DNA of 64,000 bases from Thermodesulfobacteriota bacterium. GTDB lineage: Bacteria > Desulfobacterota_D > UBA1144 > Nemesobacterales > UBA2774. The notes under the pieces were generated by a model. The model did no database searches. It was not told the origin of the DNA and saw only the letters and a program-made list of their open reading frames with translations. Below, piece after piece: positions 40,306-50,107 of this stretch. The DNA lies in the NCBI GenBank assembly GCA_965223335.1, contig OZ244991.1, positions 1,024,001 to 1,088,000 of the forward strand, given 5' to 3'. Positions within the stretch are counted from its first letter, which is position 1. Each line of letters opens with the position of its first letter. The position numbers and the translations under genes were made by a program.

Positions 40306-41196
40306 ATGACAGGTGAGAGTATATTGAACAACAATTTTCTGGGCCTTGAGGACGAGTATTCCACGTTCGAGGGCTCTAGGGTTGCTATTGTTCAGGTCCC
40401 ATATGAAGGTACGGTGTCGTTCGGCAAGGGGACCTCACGGGGCCCGGCCTCGATAATATATGCATCTAGATCGCTCGAGCTATTTGACGACGAGCTAGGC
40501 TTTGAGCCCTGCTCAGTCGGCATACACACATTGGGGGAGCTTGAGTGCGATATAGACCCCAACCAAGTGGTAAATGCAGTGGAGGGTCTGTGCACACGAT
40601 TGATCGAGTCAGATAAATTTGTGATAACCCTAGGCGGCGAGCACTCCATTACTCTAGGCCCTGTCAGGGCTCATAGGGCATCGGGGGAACAATTTTCAGT
40701 CTTGAGTATAGATGCCCATGCCGATCTCAGGGGTGAGTACGAGGGCACTAAATACAGCCATGCATGTGTGATGAGGAGGGTTACCGAGGAGAGTGTCAAT
40801 GTTATAGAGGTCGGTGTAAGGAGTTACTCAATTGAAGAATCTGAGTTTATAAAATCTACAGATAAAGTGCATATTATTCCCGCACGCGAGATTAACTCCA
40901 GCAGTGGGGACCAATGGATAGAGCGGACGGTAAAGCTGCTGAGTAATAAGGTATATATATCGATTGATGTAGACGGGTTCGATTCATCCTTGGTTCCCTC
41001 AACCGGTACACCCGAGCCCGGGGGTTTGGGATGGTACGAAGTTCTGGGGTTACTAAAAAGAGTGTTCGCAGAACGCGATGTCATCGGTCTAGATATCGTA
41101 GAGCTTGCTCCGCACCCGGGTGTGCTCGGCCCCGATGTGCTGGCTGCAAAGCTCGTATACAAATGCATCGGCTATAGGTTTAATAAATCCAGATAG
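40306..41196 (+). CDS. speB: Agmatinase
   Basis: GGEHS, DAHADLR, SHAC, SIDVDGFD, TGTPEPGG. Confidence 0.92.
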   Translation: MTGESILNNNFLGLEDEYSTFEGSRVAIVQVPYEGTVSFGKGTSRGPASIIYASRSLELFDDELGFEPCSVGIHTLGELECDIDPNQVVNAVEGLCTRLIESDKFVITLGGEHSITLGPVRAHRASGEQFSVLSIDAHADLRGEYEGTKYSHACVMRRVTEESVNVIEVGVRSYSIEESEFIKSTDKVHIIPAREINSSSGDQWIERTVKLLSNKVYISIDVDGFDSSLVPSTGTPEPGGLGWYEVLGLLKRVFAERDVIGLDIVELAPHPGVLGPDVLAAKLVYKCIGYRFNKSR

Positions 41197-41206
41197 ATTT
41201 GCATAC

Positions 41207-41244
41207 AAAAAAGCGGGCAGCCCAAATAACTGGGGAGCCCGCTT
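41207..41244 (-). terminator. Terminator between convergent speB and groEL
   Basis: AAGCGGGC...GCCCGCTT stem with an A run on the left (U-tract for groEL). Confidence 0.75.
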
Positions 41245-41277
41245 CGTAGCTTTTTATACTAACGTTTTTTTCAGGTT

Positions 41278-42924
41278 TTACATCATTCCGCCCATTCCGC
41301 CCATGCCGCCCGGAGGCATTCCTGCAGCTGGACCGGCGTCTTCAGGCTGCGGTTTCTCTGCCACTAGTGCTTCTGTTGTGAGCAGTAACCCCGCCACACT
41401 AGACGCGTTCTGTATTGCACTGCGCGTTACCTTTGCCGGGTCCACTATCCCTGCCTCTATAAGGTCACAGTACTCTAGCCTCCCTGCATCGAACCCGTTG
41501 GAACCCTTCTCCTCACTCACCTTACCTACTACTATTGAGCCGTCCCACCCGGCGTTCGTTGCTATTCCTCTAAGCGGTTCTTCCAAGACTCTCTTTACTA
41601 TGTTTACCCCGGCCTGCTCCTCTGCATCAGCTCCGTCAAACCCGTCCACCGCCTTTATCGCTCTTATTAATGCTACTCCGCCACCGGCTACTATCCCCTC
41701 TTCCACTGCTGCCCTTGTGGCGTTAAGTGCGTCCTCTACCCTGGCCTTCTTCTCCTTCATCTCGGCCTCTGTAGCTGCCCCCACTCTTATCACTGCCACT
41801 CCACCGGCCAGCTTTGCCAACCGCTCCTGAAGCTTCTCTCTGTCATACTCCCCACTGGCCTCGTCCACCTGGGCCTTTATCTGGCGTATCCTACCCTCTA
41901 TCTCGGCCTTCTTCCCGGCCCCGCCTATAATAGTCGCATTGTCCTTGTCTATTACCACCTTCTTAGCTCTTCCCAGGTCTGCAAGCTTCGCTCCCTCTAG
42001 CTTCATCCCTGCCTCCTCAGCTATTACCTTACCCCCCGTGAGCACTGCTATGTCCTCTAACATTGCCTTACGCCTGTCACCAAACCCCGGGGCCTTGGCT
42101 GCCGCTGCTTTCAGTGTGCCCCTGATCTTGTTCACAACCAGTGTCGCCAGGGCCTCTCCCTCTATGTCCTCTGCAAGTACCAATAGAGGCTTGGTGCTAC
42201 GGGCTACCTCTTCGAGTAGCGGTACCAGGTCTTTCATGTTCGAGATCTTCTTGTCGTACATTAGTATTAGAGGGTCCTCTAACTCCACCAGCATCTTCTC
42301 GGGCTCTGTTACGAAGTACGGGCTTAGGTAACCTCTGTCGAACTGCATCCCCTCTACCACGTCGAGGTCGGTTTCCAGGCTTCGTCCCTCTTCCACTGTT
42401 ATTACTCCGTCTTTACCCACCTTCTCCATTGCGTCTGCTATGATGTTCCCTATTGTCTCGTCCCCGTTGGCAGACACTGTGGCTACCTGGGCTATCTCTG
42501 TACGCCCTTTTACCTGTTTGCTCTGTTTGCGTATGCTGTCCACCACTACTGCTACGGCTTTGTCTATCCCTCTCTTTAGTTTCATCGGGTCGTGGCCGGC
42601 TGCTACCAGTTTTATCCCCTCGCGGAATATGGCCTGGGCCAGCACTGTGGCTGTGGTGGTACCGTCTCCGGCTACGTCACTTGTCTTGGATGCCACCTCT
42701 TTTACCATCTGTGCGCCCATGTTCTCGAACTTGTCCTCTAGCTCGATCTCGTTGGCTACCGACACGCCGTCTTTGGTAACCACTGGGGCTCCGAATGTCT
42801 TCTCTATTAGCACGTTACGCCCGCGGGGTCCTAGTGTGGCTTTCACAGCTCTTGTGAGCTGGTCTACCCCTCTTAGTACCGCCTCTTGGGCCTGTCTGTC
42901 AAATTTAATTTCCTTTGCTGCCAT
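41278..42924 (-). CDS. groEL: Chaperonin GroEL
   Basis: [22 protein letters not shown] tail. Confidence 0.99.
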   Translation of the reverse strand: MAAKEIKFDRQAQEAVLRGVDQLTRAVKATLGPRGRNVLIEKTFGAPVVTKDGVSVANEIELEDKFENMGAQMVKEVASKTSDVAGDGTTTATVLAQAIFREGIKLVAAGHDPMKLKRGIDKAVAVVVDSIRKQSKQVKGRTEIAQVATVSANGDETIGNIIADAMEKVGKDGVITVEEGRSLETDLDVVEGMQFDRGYLSPYFVTEPEKMLVELEDPLILMYDKKISNMKDLVPLLEEVARSTKPLLVLAEDIEGEALATLVVNKIRGTLKAAAAKAPGFGDRRKAMLEDIAVLTGGKVIAEEAGMKLEGAKLADLGRAKKVVIDKDNATIIGGAGKKAEIEGRIRQIKAQVDEASGEYDREKLQERLAKLAGGVAVIRVGAATEAEMKEKKARVEDALNATRAAVEEGIVAGGGVALIRAIKAVDGFDGADAEEQAGVNIVKRVLEEPLRGIATNAGWDGSIVVGKVSEEKGSNGFDAGRLEYCDLIEAGIVDPAKVTRSAIQNASSVAGLLLTTEALVAEKPQPEDAGPAAGMPPGGMGGMGGMM

Positions 42925-42956
42925 TTCGTATTGCCTCCTAACTTTTTTCTCAGTAC

Positions 42957-43244
42957 CTATTCTATTACTGCTAAGACTTCACCTTCATGCAATATGGTGT
43001 AGTCATCACCATCAAGTGTAATTTCAGTTCCTCCGAACTTGGCGAATAGAACCCTGTCGCCCTTTGCAACCTCTAGAGGAATTATTTGACCGTTGTCGTG
43101 AATATATCCGGTGCCCACTGCAACCACTTCTCCCTCCTGGGGGGCTTCTGCAGCAGTCTCTGGGATAATAATTCCGCCTTTAGTGGTTTCTGGTGAGTCA
43201 ATTCTTTTAATTAGAACTTTGTCTCGAAGTGGTCTTACTTTCAT
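42957..43244 (-). CDS. groES: Co-chaperonin GroES
   Basis: [33 protein letters not shown] before ATG 43244. Confidence 0.97.
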   Translation of the reverse strand: MKVRPLRDKVLIKRIDSPETTKGGIIIPETAAEAPQEGEVVAVGTGYIHDNGQIIPLEVAKGDRVLFAKFGGTEITLDGDDYTILHEGEVLAVIE

Positions 43245-43276
43245 TGATACTCCCTCCTGCAATCTATGTATAAATT

Positions 43277-43339
43277 AAAAAAAGCGTTTTGGTGCACAAA
43301 ACGCTAGGTATAAGGTAGTCATGTTTTAAGTAGTGTCAA
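43277..43339 (-). promoter_or_regulatory. groES promoter with a terminator-like inverted repeat at the predicted +1
   Basis: TTGACA-16 nt-TACCTT, then AGCGTTTTG-N5-CAAAACGCT-TTTTTT. Confidence 0.6.
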
Positions 43340-43423
43340 GGGGTAAACAATAAAAAGTTTATCCACGTTTATTATTGGATATTTTGGGATCAGGATACGG
43401 TATATTAAACAATGTTGGTGTCG

Positions 43424-43786
43424 CTATATGTCGGCGTCAAATGCGTTATGGATTAGCCGGGTCTCGTCGTTTTGTAGATTTACTGAAACAATGTCAAATC
43501 TTGCGCTTCTAGATGCTAGCTTGTTTTTCTCAAGATAGACCAGGGCAGAGTTTAATAGTTTTTTCTGCTTGCTCTGTGTAACGGCCTCTTCGGGCAGACC
43601 GAAGCTTGTGGAGGAGCGGGCTTTTACCTCTATAAAGCAAAGCACTTTGTCTTTATCTTCCGCAATTATATCGATCTCGCCCTGTTTGCACCTAAAATTC
43701 TTTGTAATGATTTTATATTTATTCTTTTTGAGCATTCTGCATGCTATCTGTTCCCCCCTGTTGCCTATTTCACTCTTAGTTTTCAT
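43424..43786 (-). CDS. yraN: YraN/UPF0102 family nuclease
   Basis: G.RGE..A, GEIDII, FIEVKAR, RFDIV. Confidence 0.92.
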   Translation of the reverse strand: MKTKSEIGNRGEQIACRMLKKNKYKIITKNFRCKQGEIDIIAEDKDKVLCFIEVKARSSTSFGLPEEAVTQSKQKKLLNSALVYLEKNKLASRSARFDIVSVNLQNDETRLIHNAFDADI

Positions 43787-43799
43787 TTTTAACCCTGTC

Positions 43800-46400
43800 T
43801 TACGAAGGTAAATCCAGCTTTTTTTTGAGCTCCGATAAAGCATTAAGAGCGTCAAGCGGTGTCATTGAGTTTAAGTCGAGCTCACTCAATTCAACGAGAA
43901 TGGGGTTTTCCTCTGCTTGGGGGCTCTCATTTTTTTCGAACATAGGGATCTGACCCCCCAAGATCGATTCCCTTAAATCCGTCTGCGATTTCTCTAGGTT
44001 AACAAGCACCTTGCGTGCGGCTTTTATGACCCGTTCGGGAATCCCGGCGAGCTTGGCAACCTGGATACCGTAGCTGTGACTGGCGGCGCCGGGGATTAAC
44101 TTTCTTAGGAACACTATTTTATCGCCGTCTTCCTTAACATATATATTGTAGTTCATGATCCTCTTTTTATGCTTGGCCAGCTCTGCGAGCTCGTGGTAGT
44201 GGGTCGCAAACAGTGTCCTACACCCAGTGTCGTGTAAAAACTCTGCCACTGCCCATGCTATGCTCATCCCGTCAAAAGTGCTCGTACCCCTCCCGATCTC
44301 GTCTAGGATAACCAAGCTCTTGTTCGTAGCGTGGCGGAGTATAAAGCCTGTTTCCACCATCTCTACCATAAACGTAGACTGTCCCTTGGCCAGGTTGTCT
44401 GAGGCCCCCACACGGGTAAAAATGCGGTCAGTGATCCCGAGCTTTGCTTTGGCCGCGGGTACGAAACTGCCTATCTGCGACATGAGTGCGGTAAGCGCCA
44501 CTTGGCGAATAAGGGTGGATTTCCCGGCCATGTTGGGTCCCGTGATAATAATGAATTGGTTTTTGTTCTGGTCGAGTTTGATGTCGTTGGGTACAAACCT
44601 TTCCCCTAGATCGATTCTTTCCACCACAGGGTGGCGGCTCTCTTTTAAATTAATCTCCCTCTTATCAGTTAACTCGGGTCTTGTGTAGTGGTACTGGTCG
44701 GCAATTTCTGCAAAAGCGGCCAAGACGTCGAGTCGGGCAATATGTGATGCTGTTTTTCTAATCCTCGTGCATTGTTTGGCGATTTTTTCTTTTATCTGTT
44801 CGAACAGCTCTTTTTCGAGGATAACTATTTTTTCTTCTGCACCCAGTATTTTTTCTTCGTATTCCTTAAGCCTGTCGGTGGTGAACCTCTCGGCGTTTAC
44901 GAGAGTTTGTTTTCTTTGGTAGCTGTTTGGCACCATGTAGATATTGGCTTTGGTAACCTCTATGTAGTAGCCGAACACCTTGTTGTAGCCGATCTTGAGA
45001 GTGTTGATGCCAGTTTCCTTGCGTTCCTCGGCCTCGAGCTCAGCTATCCAGTGTTTACCGTTCTTGCGAATGGACCTGAGTTCGTCTAACTCCTTGTTAT
45101 AACCGTCGCGTATTATCCCTCCGTCCCTGGGGGTTAGAGGCGGGTTCTCGACAACCGCACTCTCGAGTATCTCACGTATGTCTTTTAGCTCGTCTATGTT
45201 GTTATGAATTTTCTTAAGTGGTTTGCTCCGGAGCTTCACGGTAAGGGTTTTTAGCTCTTTTATGGAATGTGAAGAGTCCCTTAACATCCCCAGGTCCCTC
45301 GGCTTTGCCGACGAGGTACAGATGCGTCCTATTAAGCGCTCGATGTCGCTAATACCTTTTAGCGTAGATCTGATGTCGATCCTAAGCATGGGCTCTTCTT
45401 TTAGGTTCTCTACGGAGTCTAGCCGCTCGTTAATTTTTGTGTGGTTCAAAAGAGGATAATTGATCCACTGCTTTAGCATCCTAGCCCCCATTGCGGTCAC
45501 AGTTTGGTCCATTACCCATATGAATGAGCCGGTGTGTGTGTCACCACGAATGGTCTTTAAGAGTTCCAGGTTTAGTTTTGTGGAGTCGTCTATTAACAGA
45601 TACTCGGAATTGGTGTAGAACTGGGGCTCGAACAGTGGGGGCATATCGTCCATCTGTGTCTCTTTTATATACTCGAGGAGCGCCCAGCAAGAGCTTGTGC
45701 ATTGGGGGTTATCTGCGAGCCCATAGGACTCGAGTGTCTTTGCAGACAGGTATTCCAACAAGAGCTCCTCAGCGCGCTCGGGGTCCCAAAACAGGTTTTC
45801 TCTCTTTGTGACGAGTGGGTTCCAAGATTTTAAATGCGGGTTGGTCTCGAGTGTGTGGTCTTCGAGCAGATGCTCTATGAGCAGGATCTCGCTCGGTTCA
45901 AGGTGCGAGAGCTCCTCAAGTAATTCGTCTTTGCCTGCGAACTTGGTTGTTTTAAATTCACCCGTGGAGATATCGGTGTAGCTAAGGCCGTAAGAGCCGT
46001 CTATGTTAGTTATGCTCGCCAGGTAGTTATTGGATCTATAGTCCAGGTTCTCAGTGTCAATGATAGCACCGGGTGTAAGCACCTTAACGACCTGTCGTTT
46101 AACTATTCCTTTGGCGAGCTTTGGGTCCTCTACCTGCTCGCATATAGCCACCTTATAGCCGTTATCGAGCAGTTTGGTTAAGTACGACTCCGCACTGTGA
46201 TGTGGCACCCCACACAGAGGTACCGGGTTTTTATCGGATTTGTTCCTAGAAGTAAGTGCAATGCCGAGCACCTTTGAAGCGATTTTAGCGTCTTCGAAAA
46301 ACATCTCGTAAAAATCACCCAGGCGGAAAAACAGTATGGTATCGGGATACTCCTTTTTTATCTCTCTATACTGCTTTATCATGGGTGTTTGAGGAGGCAT
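43800..46400 (-). CDS. mutS: DNA mismatch repair protein MutS
   Basis: TPM..QY, GDFYEMF, TGPNMAGKST, DEIGRGTST, SYGIQVA. Confidence 0.98.
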   Translation of the reverse strand: MPPQTPMIKQYREIKKEYPDTILFFRLGDFYEMFFEDAKIASKVLGIALTSRNKSDKNPVPLCGVPHHSAESYLTKLLDNGYKVAICEQVEDPKLAKGIVKRQVVKVLTPGAIIDTENLDYRSNNYLASITNIDGSYGLSYTDISTGEFKTTKFAGKDELLEELSHLEPSEILLIEHLLEDHTLETNPHLKSWNPLVTKRENLFWDPERAEELLLEYLSAKTLESYGLADNPQCTSSCWALLEYIKETQMDDMPPLFEPQFYTNSEYLLIDDSTKLNLELLKTIRGDTHTGSFIWVMDQTVTAMGARMLKQWINYPLLNHTKINERLDSVENLKEEPMLRIDIRSTLKGISDIERLIGRICTSSAKPRDLGMLRDSSHSIKELKTLTVKLRSKPLKKIHNNIDELKDIREILESAVVENPPLTPRDGGIIRDGYNKELDELRSIRKNGKHWIAELEAEERKETGINTLKIGYNKVFGYYIEVTKANIYMVPNSYQRKQTLVNAERFTTDRLKEYEEKILGAEEKIVILEKELFEQIKEKIAKQCTRIRKTASHIARLDVLAAFAEIADQYHYTRPELTDKREINLKESRHPVVERIDLGERFVPNDIKLDQNKNQFIIITGPNMAGKSTLIRQVALTALMSQIGSFVPAAKAKLGITDRIFTRVGASDNLAKGQSTFMVEMVETGFILRHATNKSLVILDEIGRGTSTFDGMSIAWAVAEFLHDTGCRTLFATHYHELAELAKHKKRIMNYNIYVKEDGDKIVFLRKLIPGAASHSYGIQVAKLAGIPERVIKAARKVLVNLEKSQTDLRESILGGQIPMFEKNESPQAEENPILVELSELDLNSMTPLDALNALSELKKKLDLPS

Positions 46401-46525
46401 ACGAAAGAGATTATATCACTGGGTGTGGGAGTCTCAACATGCAATATTCAATCTATTAATTATTTATTAAATATTGCTGGCTTCGGTTGGGTGTTATCGG
46501 CACTAGATACGGGTATTGTATTGCT

Positions 46526-46846
46526 ATGACTAAGTCTTCGAGAGCCGGGTTCTCGATAGGAGAACTTGTGCACCACAAGCTGTTTGATTATAGAGGGGTC
46601 GTAATAGATGTGGATCCGGTGTTTTCTGGAACCGAGGAGTGGTACGAACATGTGGCAAGGTCGCGTCCCCCAAAGGATAAGCCCTGGTACCATGTACTGG
46701 TCGATGGGGCTAAGCATCAAACCTACGTTGCGGAGAGAAACCTTGAGCGCGACAACTCGGCCCAGCCGATTAACCACCCGATGTTAAGTCAATATTTCAC
46801 CGGGTTTAACGACGGCTCGTATGTGCTCAAAAGCAGTGTGAATTAA
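46526..46846 (+). CDS. hspQ: Heat shock protein HspQ (YccV-like)
   Basis: FSIG..V.H..F.YRGV..DVDP, PWYHVL, TYVAE.NL. Confidence 0.9.
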   Translation: MTKSSRAGFSIGELVHHKLFDYRGVVIDVDPVFSGTEEWYEHVARSRPPKDKPWYHVLVDGAKHQTYVAERNLERDNSAQPINHPMLSQYFTGFNDGSYVLKSSVN

Positions 46847-46949
46847 AAATCCGGTTTGATGATACACCACACTGGTGATAAATTACTTTCCTTTATAACC
46901 CGCGACTCTAAACAATTAATGAAAGAGTGGATACCCAGGTGGTTGGACA

Positions 46950-48038
46950 TTGTTAAAAGTTAGCAGATTTGTGTGTGACCTGATCCCTTATGTGCCTGGC
47001 AAGCCTGTAGAGGAACTAGAGAGGGAAATCGGTATTACAGATGCGGTCAAGATCGCCTCTAACGAGAACCCGCTAGGCCCCTCTCCTCTGGCTATAGACG
47101 CCGTGAGAAAGACAGCGGACCAGATCAACTTTTATCCTGACGGGGATTCCTTTTATCTAAAGCACAAGGTTGCCGAGCACCTCTCTCTGGACACCGGGCA
47201 GCTTATATTTGGCAACGGGTCTAATGACGTAATTAATGTGGCTACAAGGACATTTATAGAGCCGGGTGATGAGGCCGTGATGGGTGAGTTTGCGTTTATA
47301 GTCTACCCCATTGTTACCAAGGCTATAGGCGGGCGGGCGGTCATCTCCCCTATGCCCGACTACACCCACGATCTAAGCGATATGTACTCGCGGCTCACTC
47401 CAAAGACAAAGGCAGTGTTCATAGCCAACCCCAACAATCCCACAGGCACCATGGTTGCTAAGGACGAGCTGGAATGGTTCCTCGACCGAGTGCCGGATGA
47501 TATTCTTGTGGTAATTGACGAGGCCTATTTCGAGTATGTCGATGATGATGAGTATCCTAATTCTCTTACGTACCATAGCACTGGGAAATCTATACTAACC
47601 GTAAGGACCTTTTCGAAAATATACGGTTTGGCAGGGCTTAGAGTGGGGTACGGGATAGCGAATCCCGAGATAATCTCGGAGATGCACAGGGTAAGAGAGC
47701 CCTTTAACGTAAATTCACTGGCACAGGTGGGTGCCAGGGCAGCGCTAGACGATATAGAGCATGTCGAGAATACCAGGCGTAATAATAAGGAGGGGCTCGA
47801 ATATTTGGCGGGTGAACTGGACAGACTAAAGATCAGCTATGCGGAATCATATGCAAATTTTATTTTGATAGATCTTGAGGAGGACCCTAAGTCGGTTTAT
47901 GAATCTTTACTTCGCGAAGGTGTGATAGTGAGACCGGTTGGGGGCTATGGACTTAGGACCCATCTTAGGGTCAGTGTGGGACTACCCCAAGAAAACGAGA
48001 GGTTTATCAAAGCGCTGGAGAAAGTACTCGGTGCGTAA
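46950..48038 (+). CDS. hisC: Histidinol-phosphate aminotransferase
   Basis: ASNENP, NPNNPTG, DEAY, RTFSKIYGLAGLRVG. Confidence 0.95.
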   Translation: MLKVSRFVCDLIPYVPGKPVEELEREIGITDAVKIASNENPLGPSPLAIDAVRKTADQINFYPDGDSFYLKHKVAEHLSLDTGQLIFGNGSNDVINVATRTFIEPGDEAVMGEFAFIVYPIVTKAIGGRAVISPMPDYTHDLSDMYSRLTPKTKAVFIANPNNPTGTMVAKDELEWFLDRVPDDILVVIDEAYFEYVDDDEYPNSLTYHSTGKSILTVRTFSKIYGLAGLRVGYGIANPEIISEMHRVREPFNVNSLAQVGARAALDDIEHVENTRRNNKEGLEYLAGELDRLKISYAESYANFILIDLEEDPKSVYESLLREGVIVRPVGGYGLRTHLRVSVGLPQENERFIKALEKVLGA

Positions 48039-48039
48039 T

Positions 48040-48891
48040 ATGAAATTCAATAAGATCTGTGTATTGGGACTCGGTTTAATAGGTGGTTCGCTTGCATCGG
48101 CGTTGAGGGCTTCGGGCAAGGTGACCACTGTATATGGAGTGGACCTAAAAGAATCGTCCATAGAATTTGCCCTTAAAAACGGTGTCATAGACGAGGGCTC
48201 AACAGATTTCGCGCCGGGGGTGACTGATGCCGAGGTTGTTGTCATTGCCGCTTATGTAGGTGAGATACCCGGATTGGTAAAGGATATAATCCCCCACGTT
48301 AAACCCGGAGCTGTAATCACTGATGTAGGCAGTTCTAAATCAAAGATTGTGGGATCAGTGGAGGAGCTTTTGGGTGATCAAGTGCACTTTGTAGGGGGGC
48401 ACCCGATAGCGGGCACAGAGTATTCAGGGGTTGAACGCAGCAACCCCGATCTGTTTCGCGGCAAGAGGTGTGTTCTAACTCCGACCAGTTCTACGGATGA
48501 GAAAGCTAAAAACAAAATTGCTGATCTATGGAAATTGATTGGTGCAGAGGTGCATATTATGGATAAGGACCAGCACGATAAGGTTTTTGGATATGTTAGC
48601 CACCTCCCACACGTCGTGGCTTATGCCCTGGTTAACACCATACTCGATAGAGAGGACCGGGAGACACTCCTTGATTTTGCGGGCGGGGGGCTTAGGGACT
48701 ATACAAGGATTGCCGCAAGCTCACCTGAGATGTGGACCGAGATATTGAGCTCGAATAGAGACGAAGTTCTCGAAGCAATTCGTGAATTCAAGGCTAGTTT
48801 GGAGAGACTCGAGGTTGCTATCCGAGAGGGCAGCACAGAGGCCTTGAGTAATGAACTCCGCAAAGCTGTGTTGTTGAAAAAAAGCTTGTAA
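48040..48891 (+). CDS. tyrA: Prephenate/arogenate dehydrogenase
   Basis: GLGLIGGS, DVGS.K, HPIAG.E, SHLPH, TRIA. Confidence 0.92.
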   Translation: MKFNKICVLGLGLIGGSLASALRASGKVTTVYGVDLKESSIEFALKNGVIDEGSTDFAPGVTDAEVVVIAAYVGEIPGLVKDIIPHVKPGAVITDVGSSKSKIVGSVEELLGDQVHFVGGHPIAGTEYSGVERSNPDLFRGKRCVLTPTSSTDEKAKNKIADLWKLIGAEVHIMDKDQHDKVFGYVSHLPHVVAYALVNTILDREDRETLLDFAGGGLRDYTRIAASSPEMWTEILSSNRDEVLEAIREFKASLERLEVAIREGSTEALSNELRKAVLLKKSL

Positions 48892-48936
48892 TTACAGCTA
48901 CAAAAACACATTTATATCTAAACCACAATATTTAAA

Positions 48937-48988
48937 CTTATATATTGGTTAACTATATTTTTATTGTTTCTTAACACAATCTTAACAA
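48937..48988 (+). promoter_or_regulatory. Pho-box-like tandem repeats upstream of pstS
   Basis: CTTATAT (48937), GTTAACT (48948), CTTAACA (48970), CTTAACA (48981), all on an 11-bp register. Confidence 0.7.
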
Positions 48989-49035
48989 TTGGGGGGTTTA
49001 ATCCTAATAGAAACTATATTACGGAGGATTAATTA

Positions 49036-50073
49036 ATGATTACATGGAATTCAAAATGGGTTTTAAGATTTACAGTTTTAACAAGTTTTTTATTTGTAAC
49101 GACTCTTTTTGCATATAATTTTGCCCAAGCCGACGAGCCTGTTAAGGTAGACCCTGCGATTCCGACTTACGAGAAGGTAAGCGGTGTTTCCGGCAACATA
49201 AACAGCATCGGCTCAGACACCATGAACAACCTAATGACTCTATGGTGTGAGGGATTTACCAAGAATTACCCGAATGTAAGGTGTCAGATTGAGGGTAAGG
49301 GATCGAGCACAGCCCCACCTGCGCTAATTGAAGGCACAGCTCAGTTCGGGCCGATGTCGCGTAAGATGAAGGGTAAGGAAATAGACGAGTTTGAGAAGGC
49401 CTTCGGTTATAAACCCATGGCAGTATCGACCTCGATCGATACACTCGCAGTCTATGTAAATAAAGACAATCCAATCGAGTGCATGACCATTGAGCAGGTA
49501 GACGCAATATTCTCCAAGACCAACAAATGTGGCGCCGGAGCTGACATTGCTACTTGGGGCGACGTAGATCCAAACATGCCTGGAGACTGGGTGGGCAGAC
49601 CTATAAGTACATATGGCAGAAACTCCGCCTCCGGTACATACGGCTACTTCAAAAAACACGCACTGTGCAAAGGGGACTACAAAGATTCTGTAAAAGAACA
49701 GCCCGGCTCAGCATCGGTTGTACAGGGTATTACAAAGGATATCTACGCAATAGGTTACAGTGGTATTGGTTACATGACCTCGGGTGTTAAGGCAATTAAA
49801 CTGGCCAAAAAAGGCGGCGACGGAGACTGCTCTGACCCAAGTCTAGAGAATGTAGTATCGGGCTCTTATCCTCTGGGAAGGTCTCTTTACCTATATGTAA
49901 ATAAGAAACCGAATGAAGACCTCGACCCGCTACGCAGAGAGTTCTTAAAGTTCATATTGAGCCAGGAAGGTCAGGAAGTAGTTATCAAGGACGGCTACCT
50001 GCCTCTTCCCGAAGGCGTTATTACAAAACAGCTGCGGGCCATTGACGCCAGTTCTTCTGCGATGGCTAAGTAG
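49036..50073 (+). CDS. pstS: Phosphate ABC transporter substrate-binding protein
   Basis: GSDTM, GKGSST, RNSASGTY, YPL.R.LY. Confidence 0.95.
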   Translation: MITWNSKWVLRFTVLTSFLFVTTLFAYNFAQADEPVKVDPAIPTYEKVSGVSGNINSIGSDTMNNLMTLWCEGFTKNYPNVRCQIEGKGSSTAPPALIEGTAQFGPMSRKMKGKEIDEFEKAFGYKPMAVSTSIDTLAVYVNKDNPIECMTIEQVDAIFSKTNKCGAGADIATWGDVDPNMPGDWVGRPISTYGRNSASGTYGYFKKHALCKGDYKDSVKEQPGSASVVQGITKDIYAIGYSGIGYMTSGVKAIKLAKKGGDGDCSDPSLENVVSGSYPLGRSLYLYVNKKPNEDLDPLRREFLKFILSQEGQEVVIKDGYLPLPEGVITKQLRAIDASSSAMAK

Positions 50074-50107
50074 TTTTATGGTATTGATTTAGATGTTGAG
50101 TTAATTC

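Noticed and set aside
43359..43367. DnaA-box-like TTATCCACG (also TTATCCACA near 37697) suggesting oriC
   Set aside because: The matches are isolated, one lies within a CDS, and there is no box cluster or dnaA.
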